Origin: Gemmiger sp.
GTDB lineage: Bacteria > Bacillota > Clostridia > Oscillospirales > Ruminococcaceae
NCBI RefSeq assembly: GCF_036306485.1
Contig: NZ_JAXJZK010000042.1
Location: forward strand, 37,951-101,950
DNA: 64,000 nt
Direction of reading: 5' to 3'
The notes under the pieces are model-generated. The model searched no databases. It was not told the origin of the DNA and saw only the letters and a list, made by a program, of their open reading frames with translations. Below, in pieces: positions 1 to 8,244 of this stretch. The position numbers were made by a program, and so were the translations under genes. Numbering within the stretch: position 1 is the stretch's first letter; every line of letters starts with the position of its first letter.

Positions 1-225
1 ATCCGGGGCATGGGCGCCCATGTCAACCTGATTCCGATCAATCCGGTGGACGGCAGCCCGTATTCCGCGTCCGATGAAGCCAATATCCGCCGCTTCCAGA
101 AAATGCTGGAAGAGCTGGGCGTCAATGCCACGGTCCGGCGCCGTCTCGGCTCGGACATCAGTGCAGCCTGCGGACAGCTCCGCCGGGAGGACGCACGTCA
201 GGCGGCACAACAGCAATCGACTTAA
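1..225 (+). CDS. rlmN: Radical-SAM rRNA/tRNA adenine-C2 methyltransferase RlmN, C-terminal fragment (5' end lies outside the window)
   Basis: Frame 1 is open from base 1. The tail ...NLIPINPV...SDISAACGQL is typical of RlmN/Cfr C-termini. It sits upstream of stp-prkC-rsgA, as in the conserved Firmicutes block. Confidence 0.7.
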   Translation: MRGMGAHVNLIPINPVDGSPYSASDEANIRRFQKMLEELGVNATVRRRLGSDISAACGQLRREDARQAAQQQST

Positions 226-248
226 CCAGGGGAAAGGATCAACTTTTC

Positions 249-998
249 ATGAAGATCGCAGCGCTTACAGATATCGGCTGCTGTCGGCAGGAAAACCAGG
301 ACAACTATTGTGCCCGGCAGCTGACCGACGGCACCGGCTGGGGCATCGTGTGCGACGGCATGGGCGGCGCCAACGGAGGCCGTGCGGCGTCCGGCATTGC
401 CACGCAGACGATGCTGCAATACTTTGACCGTCAGCTCAAAAGTGTGCAGAACGGCGAAGAAAAAGCCTTTATGATGCGCGCTTTTGATGTTGCCAACCGT
501 GCCGTCTACGATAAGGCAACCTCGGACCCTGAGATGCTCGGCATGGGCACGACCGGCGTCTGCGCGCTGCAGCGCGGTCCGCTGGCCCATATCGTGCACG
601 CCGGGGACTCACGGGCCTACTTGTGGCACGGCGGTTCTATCCGTCAGCTCACGCGGGATCATTCGATGGTCCAGCAGCTGGTGGACAGCGGCCAGATCAC
701 CCGGGAACAGGCGGCACTGCATCCCCAGAAAAACCTGATCACCCGGGCGTTGGGGGTCTCGGCCAACATTGTGCCGGAGTACAACCGCTGCGATGTGGAA
801 CCCGGGGACATTCTGATGCTCTGTACCGACGGGCTGACCAACATGGTCCCCGACGCCGAACTGGCGCTGATCCTGCAGGAAACCGCGTTCTTTGATGCAC
901 CGGGCATCCTGGTGGACCGTGCGCTGAAAGGCGGCGGACAGGACAACATCACGGTTCTTTTGCTTGGCATTGAAACAACGGAGGAGACAAATGGATAA
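249..998 (+). CDS. stp: PP2C-family Ser/Thr protein phosphatase (Stp/PrpC)
   Basis: Motifs VCDGMGG, GMGTT, LCTDGL and GGQDNITV. RBS GGAAAGG upstream. The stop overlaps the prkC start. Confidence 0.9.
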   Translation: MKIAALTDIGCCRQENQDNYCARQLTDGTGWGIVCDGMGGANGGRAASGIATQTMLQYFDRQLKSVQNGEEKAFMMRAFDVANRAVYDKATSDPEMLGMGTTGVCALQRGPLAHIVHAGDSRAYLWHGGSIRQLTRDHSMVQQLVDSGQITREQAALHPQKNLITRALGVSANIVPEYNRCDVEPGDILMLCTDGLTNMVPDAELALILQETAFFDAPGILVDRALKGGGQDNITVLLLGIETTEETNG

Positions 999-2886
999 TC
1001 TGATCGGCAGAAAGCTGGACGGCCGCTACCTGATCGAAAGCCTGATCGGCGTGGGCGGTATGGCCAATGTGTATAAAGGCAAAGATCTCCGTACCGGAAA
1101 CCTGATTGCCGTCAAAGTTCTCAAGGAAGAATTCCTGGACAATGAGGAGCTGGTCCGTCGTTTCAAGAACGAATCCAAAGCCATCTCCATTCTGGACCAT
1201 CCCAACATCGTCAAGGTGTATGATGTCTCGGTCACCGACCGGCTGCAGTATATCGTCATGGAATACATTGACGGTATCACGCTCAAGGAGTATCTCAAGC
1301 AGCGCGGCGGCGCCCTGACCTGGAAGGAAGTCGTCCACTTTGCCACCCAGGTGCTCAGCGCTCTGGATCACGCCCATTCCAAGGGCATTGTTCACCGCGA
1401 TGTCAAGCCCCAGAATATCATGCTGCAGGCCAACGGCTCCATCAAGATGATGGACTTCGGCATTGCGCGGTTTTCCCGGGCCCAGAGCCAGACGGTCAGC
1501 GACAAGGCCATCGGTTCGGTGCACTATATCAGCCCCGAACAGGCCAAGGGCGACCACACCGACGCCCGCACCGACATCTATTCGACCGGTGTCATGATGT
1601 ACGAGATGCTCTCCGGCCGGCTGCCTTTTGACGGCACCGGCGCGGTTTCCATCGCCATCATGCAGATCAGCGAAAAGCCCAAACCGCTGGCTGAGGTTGC
1701 CCCTCATGTCCCGCTGGGGCTGCGCCAGATCACCGAGAAGGCGATGGAAAAGAATCCCGACGACCGTTTCCAGTCGGCGCGTGAGATGCTCGAGGCCATC
1801 GACGCCTTCAAGCGCGACCCGAGCATTCAGTTTGAGTACGAGTACAACACCCAGGATAACCCCGACAAGACCATCGGCAAGGTGGTGGGCTCTGGCACCA
1901 AGACCGGCGTCAGCACCACGCAGGCCCGCCGGACCGGCACGATCAACGCAGGGAAAGGCAAAAACGTGAAAAGCAAGAAAAGAAAGGCCGCGTCCCGCGG
2001 CGGATTCGGGCTGCTGCCGGCTTTGTTCGGCATGGCAGTGGCGTTCATGATCGGTTCGGTGATTCTGGTTTACCTGATCTTCACCAACTCCACGAACTCC
2101 TTCTTCTCCAACCATGCCGACGTACAGCTCATCAGCTTTGTCGGCATGACCGAGGACGAATACCGCGCATCGGACTTTTACAGCAAACTGGACCCCAAAT
2201 GGGTTTATGAATACAACGAGGCGCCCGAGGGCCAGATCTTTCAGCAGAACCCCAAACCCGGCCGGACCGTCAAGGAAGGCCAGAAGATCACGCTGAAAGT
2301 CAGCATGGGCATCCAGCAGGTCACGGTGCCCGATGTGAAAACCTTTGTCAGCGAGGACGGCAAGGCAACGCTGCAGGACAGCGGCCTGCAGGTCGTGACG
2401 AAGTTCATCGAGGATGAGAGCGTGGCGGCCGGCACCGTTGTGTATACCGAGCCTGCTGCCGGCGAGATCGTCGAGGGCGGCAGCACCGTCAATATGTACG
2501 TCAGCCGTGCAGCGCGCGACAACGAAGTGGACGTTCCCTCTCTGTCCGGCCTGAAACTGGAAGAGGCCCGCAAGGCACTGCAGCAGCTCAATATCAACCC
2601 GCGTGTGGTTGAGCAGCCCAGCACCGAGGCGGAGGGCACGGTCCTGAACCAGGACCCCATCGCCGGAACGCAGGTCCGCACCGGCAGCACGGTCACGCTG
2701 TATGTGGCATCGGCCATCCCGGTCCAGACCGAACCGACGCCCACCGAAGCGCCTTCCAGCGGCGACGGCGCAACCTGGGGCCAGTGGATTGAGGACCCCA
2801 ACTCGCCCGACGGCGGTTACTATGTGACGGCCGTGCAGCGTGACGGCCACGTCTACAACGCCGAAACCGGTGAGATGCTGTGGTAA
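991..2886 (+). CDS. prkC: Ser/Thr protein kinase PrkC with three extracellular PASTA repeats
   Basis: Kinase motifs HRDVKPQNIM and DFGIAR, a TM segment, then three PASTA-like repeats. I prefer the ATG at 991, which follows GGAGGAG, over the TTG at 964. Confidence 0.92.
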   Translation: MDNLIGRKLDGRYLIESLIGVGGMANVYKGKDLRTGNLIAVKVLKEEFLDNEELVRRFKNESKAISILDHPNIVKVYDVSVTDRLQYIVMEYIDGITLKEYLKQRGGALTWKEVVHFATQVLSALDHAHSKGIVHRDVKPQNIMLQANGSIKMMDFGIARFSRAQSQTVSDKAIGSVHYISPEQAKGDHTDARTDIYSTGVMMYEMLSGRLPFDGTGAVSIAIMQISEKPKPLAEVAPHVPLGLRQITEKAMEKNPDDRFQSAREMLEAIDAFKRDPSIQFEYEYNTQDNPDKTIGKVVGSGTKTGVSTTQARRTGTINAGKGKNVKSKKRKAASRGGFGLLPALFGMAVAFMIGSVILVYLIFTNSTNSFFSNHADVQLISFVGMTEDEYRASDFYSKLDPKWVYEYNEAPEGQIFQQNPKPGRTVKEGQKITLKVSMGIQQVTVPDVKTFVSEDGKATLQDSGLQVVTKFIEDESVAAGTVVYTEPAAGEIVEGGSTVNMYVSRAARDNEVDVPSLSGLKLEEARKALQQLNINPRVVEQPSTEAEGTVLNQDPIAGTQVRTGSTVTLYVASAIPVQTEPTPTEAPSSGDGATWGQWIEDPNSPDGGYYVTAVQRDGHVYNAETGEMLW

Positions 2887-3749
2887 CGGAAGGATATATT
2901 GCCAAGGGCATCGGCGGATTCTACTATGTCCGGACCGCCGAGGGCCTTGTGGAATGCAAGGCACGGGGCATTTTCCGCAAGCGGAACATCAGCCCGGTGG
3001 CCGGGGACCGTGTGCGTCTGAGCGCAGACGGATCGGCCATCGATGAGATCCTGCCCCGCAAAAACGTCTTTGCCCGTCCGCCGGTGGCCAACCTGGACAT
3101 CCTGTTCATTGTGGCCAGCACGGTCCAGCCCGTCCCCAGTACGCTGATTCTCGACGAGCTGACCGCGGCTGCCGTGTATAAAGGCGTTCAGCCGGTGCTT
3201 GTCATCACCAAGGCGGACCTCTCGGCAGCGGACAGTCTGACCGAGGCTTACCGCCTCAGCACCATCCCGGTCATCCTGCTGCACTATGACAGCGGGGAGG
3301 GTCTGGAACAGGTGCGGCAGATGATCCGGGGACACCTGTGTGCCTTCTGCGGAAATTCCGGCGTGGGAAAATCCACGCTGCTCAATGCCCTGGCACCGGA
3401 ACTGCGGCGCGAGACCGGCAGCATCAGCCAGAAACTGGGCCGCGGCCGGCATACCACCCGCGAGGTGGAAATCTTTGAAGTGTGCGGCGGCCGGATTGCC
3501 GACACGCCCGGTTTTGCCAGCCTGGATGCACAGAAAATCTGCCGCATCCCCAAGGAAGAACTGCAGCATGCCTTCCCGGAATTCGAGCCGTATTTCGGCC
3601 AATGCCGCTTTACCGGCTGTTCCCATCGGACCGAGCTCGGCTGTGCCGTGCGTGCGGCGCTCAAGGAAGGGAAGATCTCTCCCACCCGGTACCAGAGTTA
3701 CCTGACGATGTACGAGGAAGCCAGCCAGATAAAGGAGTGGGAGCATTGA
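2880..3749 (+). CDS. rsgA: Ribosome small-subunit-dependent GTPase A
   Basis: G-motifs GNSGVGKSTLLN and DTPGF, plus a C-terminal zinc knuckle CRFTGCSHRTELGC. The GTG start overlaps the prkC stop. Confidence 0.9.
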   Translation: MVTEGYIAKGIGGFYYVRTAEGLVECKARGIFRKRNISPVAGDRVRLSADGSAIDEILPRKNVFARPPVANLDILFIVASTVQPVPSTLILDELTAAAVYKGVQPVLVITKADLSAADSLTEAYRLSTIPVILLHYDSGEGLEQVRQMIRGHLCAFCGNSGVGKSTLLNALAPELRRETGSISQKLGRGRHTTREVEIFEVCGGRIADTPGFASLDAQKICRIPKEELQHAFPEFEPYFGQCRFTGCSHRTELGCAVRAALKEGKISPTRYQSYLTMYEEASQIKEWEH

Positions 3750-4390
3750 ACACAACACCGGACCGGCGTGCGGTGATTCTGTCCGCGGTCCCGGTCAGCA
3801 CGGCCATGCGCCGCTATCTTCAGCCCGGGGACCGCATCATGGCCTGCGATGCAGGCTATCATAACGCCGAGCGGCTGGGAGTCCGGCCCGACTGGATCGT
3901 GGGAGATTTCGATTCGGCGGCGCGGCCGGAGCATCAGGACAATCTGGTGGTGCTTCCCCATGTGAAGGACGACACCGATACCCACTATGCCGCACGGTGG
4001 CTGTGTGGACAGGGCTTTCGGCAGATTGTCATGCTGGGCGCCATCGGCGGAGCCCGGATTGAACATACGATTGCCAATCTGCACACCGCAGTCTACCTGG
4101 CCGAACAGGGAGTCGATGTGCTGCTGGCCGACGAGCAGAGCGAACTGCGGATTCTTTCCCCGGACCGGCCGATGGAACTCAGCCGGGGCGACTGGAAATA
4201 CCTCTCCCTCTTCCCGCTGGACGGTCCGCTGACCGGGGTCTGCCTGCAGGGTGTCTTTTATCCGCTGCAGGATGCCACCCTCAGACCGGATTATCCGCTG
4301 GGGGTCAGCAACGAATTTACCGAGCCGACGGCACGGCTCTCCTGTACCGGAGGCCACGGCCTGGTCATTGTCACAAAGGATGACGGGTAA
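3746..4390 (+). CDS. thiN: Thiamine pyrophosphokinase
   Basis: Motifs GDFDS, KDDTD and GGARIEH. The start is uncertain (TTG 3746 after AAAGGAG, or GTG 3737). The upstream part of ORF 3482..4390 overlaps rsgA and is not coding. Confidence 0.8.
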   Translation: MNTTPDRRAVILSAVPVSTAMRRYLQPGDRIMACDAGYHNAERLGVRPDWIVGDFDSAARPEHQDNLVVLPHVKDDTDTHYAARWLCGQGFRQIVMLGAIGGARIEHTIANLHTAVYLAEQGVDVLLADEQSELRILSPDRPMELSRGDWKYLSLFPLDGPLTGVCLQGVFYPLQDATLRPDYPLGVSNEFTEPTARLSCTGGHGLVIVTKDDG

Positions 4391-4460
4391 CAACCCGACA
4401 CCCTGCCGCATAGGATGGCGTACAACAACCCTGAAGGGCCTGGAAAGGGGGAGGTATGCC

Positions 4461-4529
4461 ATGCAGATTGTGGTGGTCAAATGCCCGCAAGCGCTCCGTT
4501 GGCTCCTGCGTGCCGTTTTCAAAGTCTGA
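4461..4529 (+). CDS. spoVM: SpoVM-like 22-aa amphipathic peptide (stage V sporulation protein M candidate), too short for the ORF track
   Basis: Peptide MQIVVVKCPQALRWLLRAVFKV aligns residue-for-residue with B. subtilis SpoVM MKFYTIKLPKFLGGIVRAML (M1, K7, P9, L12, R17 and A18 shared). Strong RBS GGGGGAGG lies 6 nt upstream. Its own terminator follows. It lies just after thiN, as in B. subtilis. Confidence 0.6.
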   Translation: MQIVVVKCPQALRWLLRAVFKV

Positions 4530-4560
4530 AATCAGGCGGTCCTCCGACCGTCCGCAATCA

Positions 4561-4611
4561 CCCCGTCGGGGAGATGCTCTGTCAGCATCCCCTCGGCGGG
4601 GCTATTTTTTT
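4561..4611 (+). terminator. Rho-independent terminator after the spoVM-like ORF
   Basis: About 17-bp GC-rich imperfect hairpin (CCCCGTCGGGGAGATGC / GCATCCCCTCGGCGGGG) followed by TTTTTTT. Confidence 0.65.
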
Positions 4612-4663
4612 GGGTGCCCGCATATACTGCACAAGAATACATGGAACGAAAGGGGCACCGAAC

Positions 4664-6217
4664 ATGGAGCAAAATGCACTCGTAACGGAAAGCAGCACGG
4701 TTTCTGTCTGCGCCGGACGGTGGGAAACGCGGATGGAACTTCCGATTGAAACGGAAATTCTGATCCCCGATTATCTGCCGGCCGTGTTCAAGATCGTCAA
4801 ATGCCTGCTGGAACCGGTGGTGATCCAGAATACCGTTTCCGGCCAGCGGTGGCAGGGGGAAGGCTATCTGCGCTGTACCGTCTATTACCAGTCCGAAGAA
4901 ACCGGAACCAAACTCTACCGCACCGAACAGAAATATGCGTTCGACAAGTCGGCCGATCTGCCCAAGGACAGCGGCTTTCAGGGGGCGGCCACGATCTGGG
5001 GCGAAACCGAATACTGCAACTGCCGGGCCATCAGCGAACACCGCATCGATGTCCGCGGCGCCTATACGCTGTGGGTGGCGGTGGGACTGAACGGACAGAT
5101 GGACCTGCTCACCAAGCTGAGCGGCTGCGGCATCCAGCAGCGGACACAGACCCTTGCGGGAATCACCTGTACAGCCTGTGAGGAAAAAACCTTTGCCGCC
5201 GAAACCACCTTTCCTCTGCCCGGCACGGGGGAAACCATCCTGGACATCGGCGGCAACGTCTCGGTGACTTCCCTGACGGTGCGCACCGGCCAGGTGGATG
5301 TCTCGGCCGCTTTGGCCATCCAGCTTTGCAGCCGGGCGGCCGATGCGCAGACACTGACTACCCAGAGCCGCGACCTGCCCGTCACCCAGACACTGGATCT
5401 CCCCGACGCCGCCGAGGGGGATGAAGCCACCGCCTGGGGCGAAATCCTGGCCTGTACACTGACGGCTCCTTCGGGGGAGGAGAAGGAACCGATGCTACAT
5501 CTGACCTGGAAACTGCATGTGGAACTGTGGCGCAATGTCCAGTACATGGCCGTCACGGATGCCTATTCCACCATGTGTGAAACCACCGTGGAGCGGCAGA
5601 CCTGCCGGCTGCTGCAGAATCTCTCGGTGATTGACACCTCGGTCACCGCCGAAGCGGAGGATTCTCTGCCCGACCCCGAGGCCGCCGTGGTGGGCTGCTT
5701 TGTGACACTGGACGCGCCCCAGATCCAGCCGGTGGAAGCCGGAGACCTGCGGATCGGCGGACGCGGCGTGGCGCATCTGATCTGTACCGATGCCGGCGGG
5801 GAACTGACCTGCTACGACAAGGCTTTTTCCTGGACGCTGCCCGAATCCTTTGCGGGCAATGCCGCCGATCTGGTACCCCACCTTCACGCATCGCTCACCC
5901 GGGTGACCAGCAGCAAGAACGGAACCAGGGCCCGGGTCGAGATCGGCATTGCCGTGACCGGGCGGGTGCTCTGCATCCGCAGTCAGGAAGCCGCCGTTGC
6001 GGTGGAACTGGGAGAGGAGTTCGCCGATCTGCGGGACGGCCCCACACTGTACCTCTACTATGCGCAGCAGGGGGAGGCCGTCTTTGAAATTGCCAAGCGC
6101 TACCATGCGCGCACGGCAGATCTGGCGGCTGCCAACCGGCTTGAAGCATCGCCCGGAGAGCATGTCGAGGACCTGACCGTGGACGCCGCCTGCCTGCTGA
6201 TTCCGGCGGCTTTGTGA
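4664..6217 (+). CDS. DUF3794-type protein with a C-terminal LysM domain; candidate SipL/SpoVID-like spore-coat morphogenetic adaptor
   Basis: The N-terminal region resembles DUF3794 (ELPIETEILIPDYLPAVFKIVK...). The last ~50 aa are LysM-like (YYAQQGEAVFEIAKRYHARTADLAAANRL). ATG 4664 follows GAAAGGGG. The stop is 16 nt before spoIVA. Confidence 0.6.
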   Translation: MEQNALVTESSTVSVCAGRWETRMELPIETEILIPDYLPAVFKIVKCLLEPVVIQNTVSGQRWQGEGYLRCTVYYQSEETGTKLYRTEQKYAFDKSADLPKDSGFQGAATIWGETEYCNCRAISEHRIDVRGAYTLWVAVGLNGQMDLLTKLSGCGIQQRTQTLAGITCTACEEKTFAAETTFPLPGTGETILDIGGNVSVTSLTVRTGQVDVSAALAIQLCSRAADAQTLTTQSRDLPVTQTLDLPDAAEGDEATAWGEILACTLTAPSGEEKEPMLHLTWKLHVELWRNVQYMAVTDAYSTMCETTVERQTCRLLQNLSVIDTSVTAEAEDSLPDPEAAVVGCFVTLDAPQIQPVEAGDLRIGGRGVAHLICTDAGGELTCYDKAFSWTLPESFAGNAADLVPHLHASLTRVTSSKNGTRARVEIGIAVTGRVLCIRSQEAAVAVELGEEFADLRDGPTLYLYYAQQGEAVFEIAKRYHARTADLAAANRLEASPGEHVEDLTVDAACLLIPAAL

Positions 6218-6233
6218 AAGGGGGAACCATCCT

Positions 6234-7709
6234 GTGACCCAGGAACAGATTTATCACAACATTGCCCAGCGGACCGGCGGCGACATCTACATCGGTGTGG
6301 TGGGTCCGGTGCGCAGCGGAAAAAGCACCTTCATCAAGCGGTTTGCCGAACTGATGCTGCTGCCGCATATTGAGAACGAGGCGCAGCGCGAGCGTGCCAA
6401 CGATGAGCTGCCCCAGTCCGCCGCCGGCCGGACCATCATGACCACCGAGCCGAAGTTCATCCCGGAAAAGGCGGTCAGCATTCACCTCAAGGGCGGCGGG
6501 AGCTTCCGTGCCCGGCTGATTGACTGCGTGGGGTATATGGTGGATGGGGCACTCGGCCACGAGGAAAACAATGCGCCCCGCCTGGTCAAGAGTCCCTGGT
6601 TCGATCAGGCGATTCCCTTCGATCAGGCCGCCGAGACCGGTACCCGGCGGGTGATCCGGGAACATGCGACGATCGGTCTGGTCATGACCACCGACGGAAG
6701 CGTGGCCGATCTGCCGCGGGAAAAGTACCTGCCCGCCGAACGGCGGATCATTGCGGAGCTGGAGGAGATCGGCAAACCCTATCTGATTCTGCTCAACTGT
6801 ACCGACCCGTCCAGCGAAGAGAGCCGCGCACTGGCCGCCCGGATGGAATCCGCCTACTGCCGCCCCGTCTGCCCGATCAATGCGCTGCAGATCACGGCAG
6901 ACGAGATCGGCGAGATTTTGCAGAAACTTCTCTATGAGTTCCCGCTGCAGGACATTGCGGTCAGTATGCCGCCCTGGATCACGATGCTGGAACCGGGACA
7001 CTGGCTCCAGAGCGCCGTCTATGACGCGCTGCTGGAATACGCCGACGGCATCCGCCGGATGGGGGAGATGACGCGCAGCCGTCCGCGCCCGGACTGTCCC
7101 TACATCACCGGCGTGACGCTGACCGGGATGGATCTTGCCACCGGGCGCGCCAGACTGCGGGTGGAACTCGAACCCTCGGTGTTTTATAAGATCCTGGGCG
7201 AGAAAACCGGTCTGGAAATCACCGACGAAGCCAGCCTGCTGCCCTGCCTGGTGGAGCTGGCCAAAGCCAAACATGCCTATGACAAGATCAAAGGCGCTCT
7301 TGATCAGGTCGAGGCCACCGGCTACGGCATTGTGATGCCCGGGGTGGATGAACTGGCAATGGAAGAACCCGAGATTGTGCGCCAGGGCGGGCAGTACGGT
7401 GTCCGGCTGTCGGCCAGCGCTCCCAGCCTGCATATCATGCGGGCCACCATCCGGACGGAACTCTGCCCGACCGTCGGCAGTGAGGAGCAGGGGGAGGCGT
7501 TGATCAAGAACCTGCTCAAGGACTTTGAGGGCGATCCCGGCAAGCTGTGGAGCACCAACATTTTCGGCAAGAGCCTCAATGAACTGGTCAGCGAGGGCGT
7601 GCAGACCAAACTGCTGCATATGCCCCTCGAGGCGCGGAGCCGACTGCAGCATACCTTGGAACGCATCATCAATGAGGGCTGTGACGGACTGATCTGCATT
7701 CTGCTCTGA
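6234..7709 (+). CDS. spoIVA: Stage IV sporulation protein A (spore-coat basement-layer ATPase)
   Basis: N-terminus IYIGVVGPVRSGKSTFIKRF (SpoIVA Walker A). Length is 491 aa and similarity to SpoIVA runs full length. GTG start after AAAGGGGG. Confidence 0.92.
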   Translation: MTQEQIYHNIAQRTGGDIYIGVVGPVRSGKSTFIKRFAELMLLPHIENEAQRERANDELPQSAAGRTIMTTEPKFIPEKAVSIHLKGGGSFRARLIDCVGYMVDGALGHEENNAPRLVKSPWFDQAIPFDQAAETGTRRVIREHATIGLVMTTDGSVADLPREKYLPAERRIIAELEEIGKPYLILLNCTDPSSEESRALAARMESAYCRPVCPINALQITADEIGEILQKLLYEFPLQDIAVSMPPWITMLEPGHWLQSAVYDALLEYADGIRRMGEMTRSRPRPDCPYITGVTLTGMDLATGRARLRVELEPSVFYKILGEKTGLEITDEASLLPCLVELAKAKHAYDKIKGALDQVEATGYGIVMPGVDELAMEEPEIVRQGGQYGVRLSASAPSLHIMRATIRTELCPTVGSEEQGEALIKNLLKDFEGDPGKLWSTNIFGKSLNELVSEGVQTKLLHMPLEARSRLQHTLERIINEGCDGLICILL

Positions 7710-7730
7710 GCCTCGGAAAGGGGGAATCCC

Positions 7731-7958
7731 ATGCGGATCGAATCCAGAAAACAGCGCGCGGCACGCAAAAAGAAGGAGCGGACCGTCCGCGAACTGAAGG
7801 CCACCATCCGGCGGCTGCGTGGCAATGAAGCTGCCTTCCAGCTGGCGCAGGATGATTTCTCCATCGAGCGGGTGATCTACGAACATGCGGCACTGATGTG
7901 CCATTGCCGGGCGCTGCTGCGTGAACTGAGGGGGGATACAGAATGCCGGTCCCCCTGA
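7731..7958 (+). CDS. YaaL-like small protein (DUF2508 family, tentative)
   Basis: 75 aa with a basic N-terminus and a C-terminal helix, EHAALMCHCRALLRELR. It sits directly upstream of, and overlaps, bofA, as yaaL does in Bacillus. Confidence 0.45.
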   Translation: MRIESRKQRAARKKKERTVRELKATIRRLRGNEAAFQLAQDDFSIERVIYEHAALMCHCRALLRELRGDTECRSP

Positions 7959-8194
7959 TTGCCGCCGGTGCGGTCTGCCTGCTGCTGGTGGCGCGTGCTG
8001 CCGCGTCACACAGCCACCCGCTGCTGCGGCTGCTCAGCAGCGCGGTGTGCGGGGCGGCGGGTCTTGCAGCGCTGGCGCTGCTGGAACCGGTGACCGGGGT
8101 GATGCTGCCGTTCAACGCCTTTACCGGCGGCTGTGCCGCTGTCCTCGGTTTGCCCGGCGTGATCCTGCTGCTGATTCTGAACGTTCTGCTATAA
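7943..8194 (+). CDS. bofA: Pro-sigma-K processing inhibitor BofA
   Basis: 83-aa two-TM protein. HPLLRLLSSAVCGAAGLAALALL and GVMLPFNAFTGGCAAVLGLPGVILLLIL align with the B. subtilis BofA KPLKWIG... and ...ISGILGIPGIAALVVI motifs. Confidence 0.75.
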   Translation: MPVPLIAAGAVCLLLVARAAASHSHPLLRLLSSAVCGAAGLAALALLEPVTGVMLPFNAFTGGCAAVLGLPGVILLLILNVLL

Positions 8195-8198
8195 AAAA

Positions 8199-8238
8199 CA
8201 ACTCCCTCTGCCACAAGGACAGAGGGAGTTGCTTTTTT
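8199..8238. terminator. Bidirectional rho-independent terminator shared by bofA (+) and rnpB (-)
   Basis: 11-bp perfect stem AACTCCCTCTG / CAGAGGGAGTT, flanked by an A-tract upstream and TTTTTT downstream. Confidence 0.75.
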
Positions 8239-8244
8239 CTTGTA

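Noticed and set aside
3482-3745. Upstream 88 codons of the thiamine pyrophosphokinase ORF
   Set aside because: They lie entirely inside rsgA in another frame. TPK similarity begins only after the rsgA stop, where an RBS and a TTG/GTG start are available.
4391-4663. Sigma-E or sigma-K promoter boxes upstream of the spoVM-like ORF and the sipL-like gene
   Set aside because: I found GCATA-type -35-like strings (near 4409 and 4617), but no CATACAHT or CATA---TA element at the right spacing. I cannot support a promoter call from sequence alone.
4415-4749. N-terminal extension of the DUF3794 ORF (start 4415) and the 97-aa ORF 4456..4749, both overlapping the spoVM-like ORF
   Set aside because: Both read straight through a strong terminator hairpin (4561-4611). 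Neither resembles any protein. The DUF3794 gene has a proper RBS and ATG at 4664. The ATG at 4456 shares the RBS region, but its product is Arg/Ser-rich junk.
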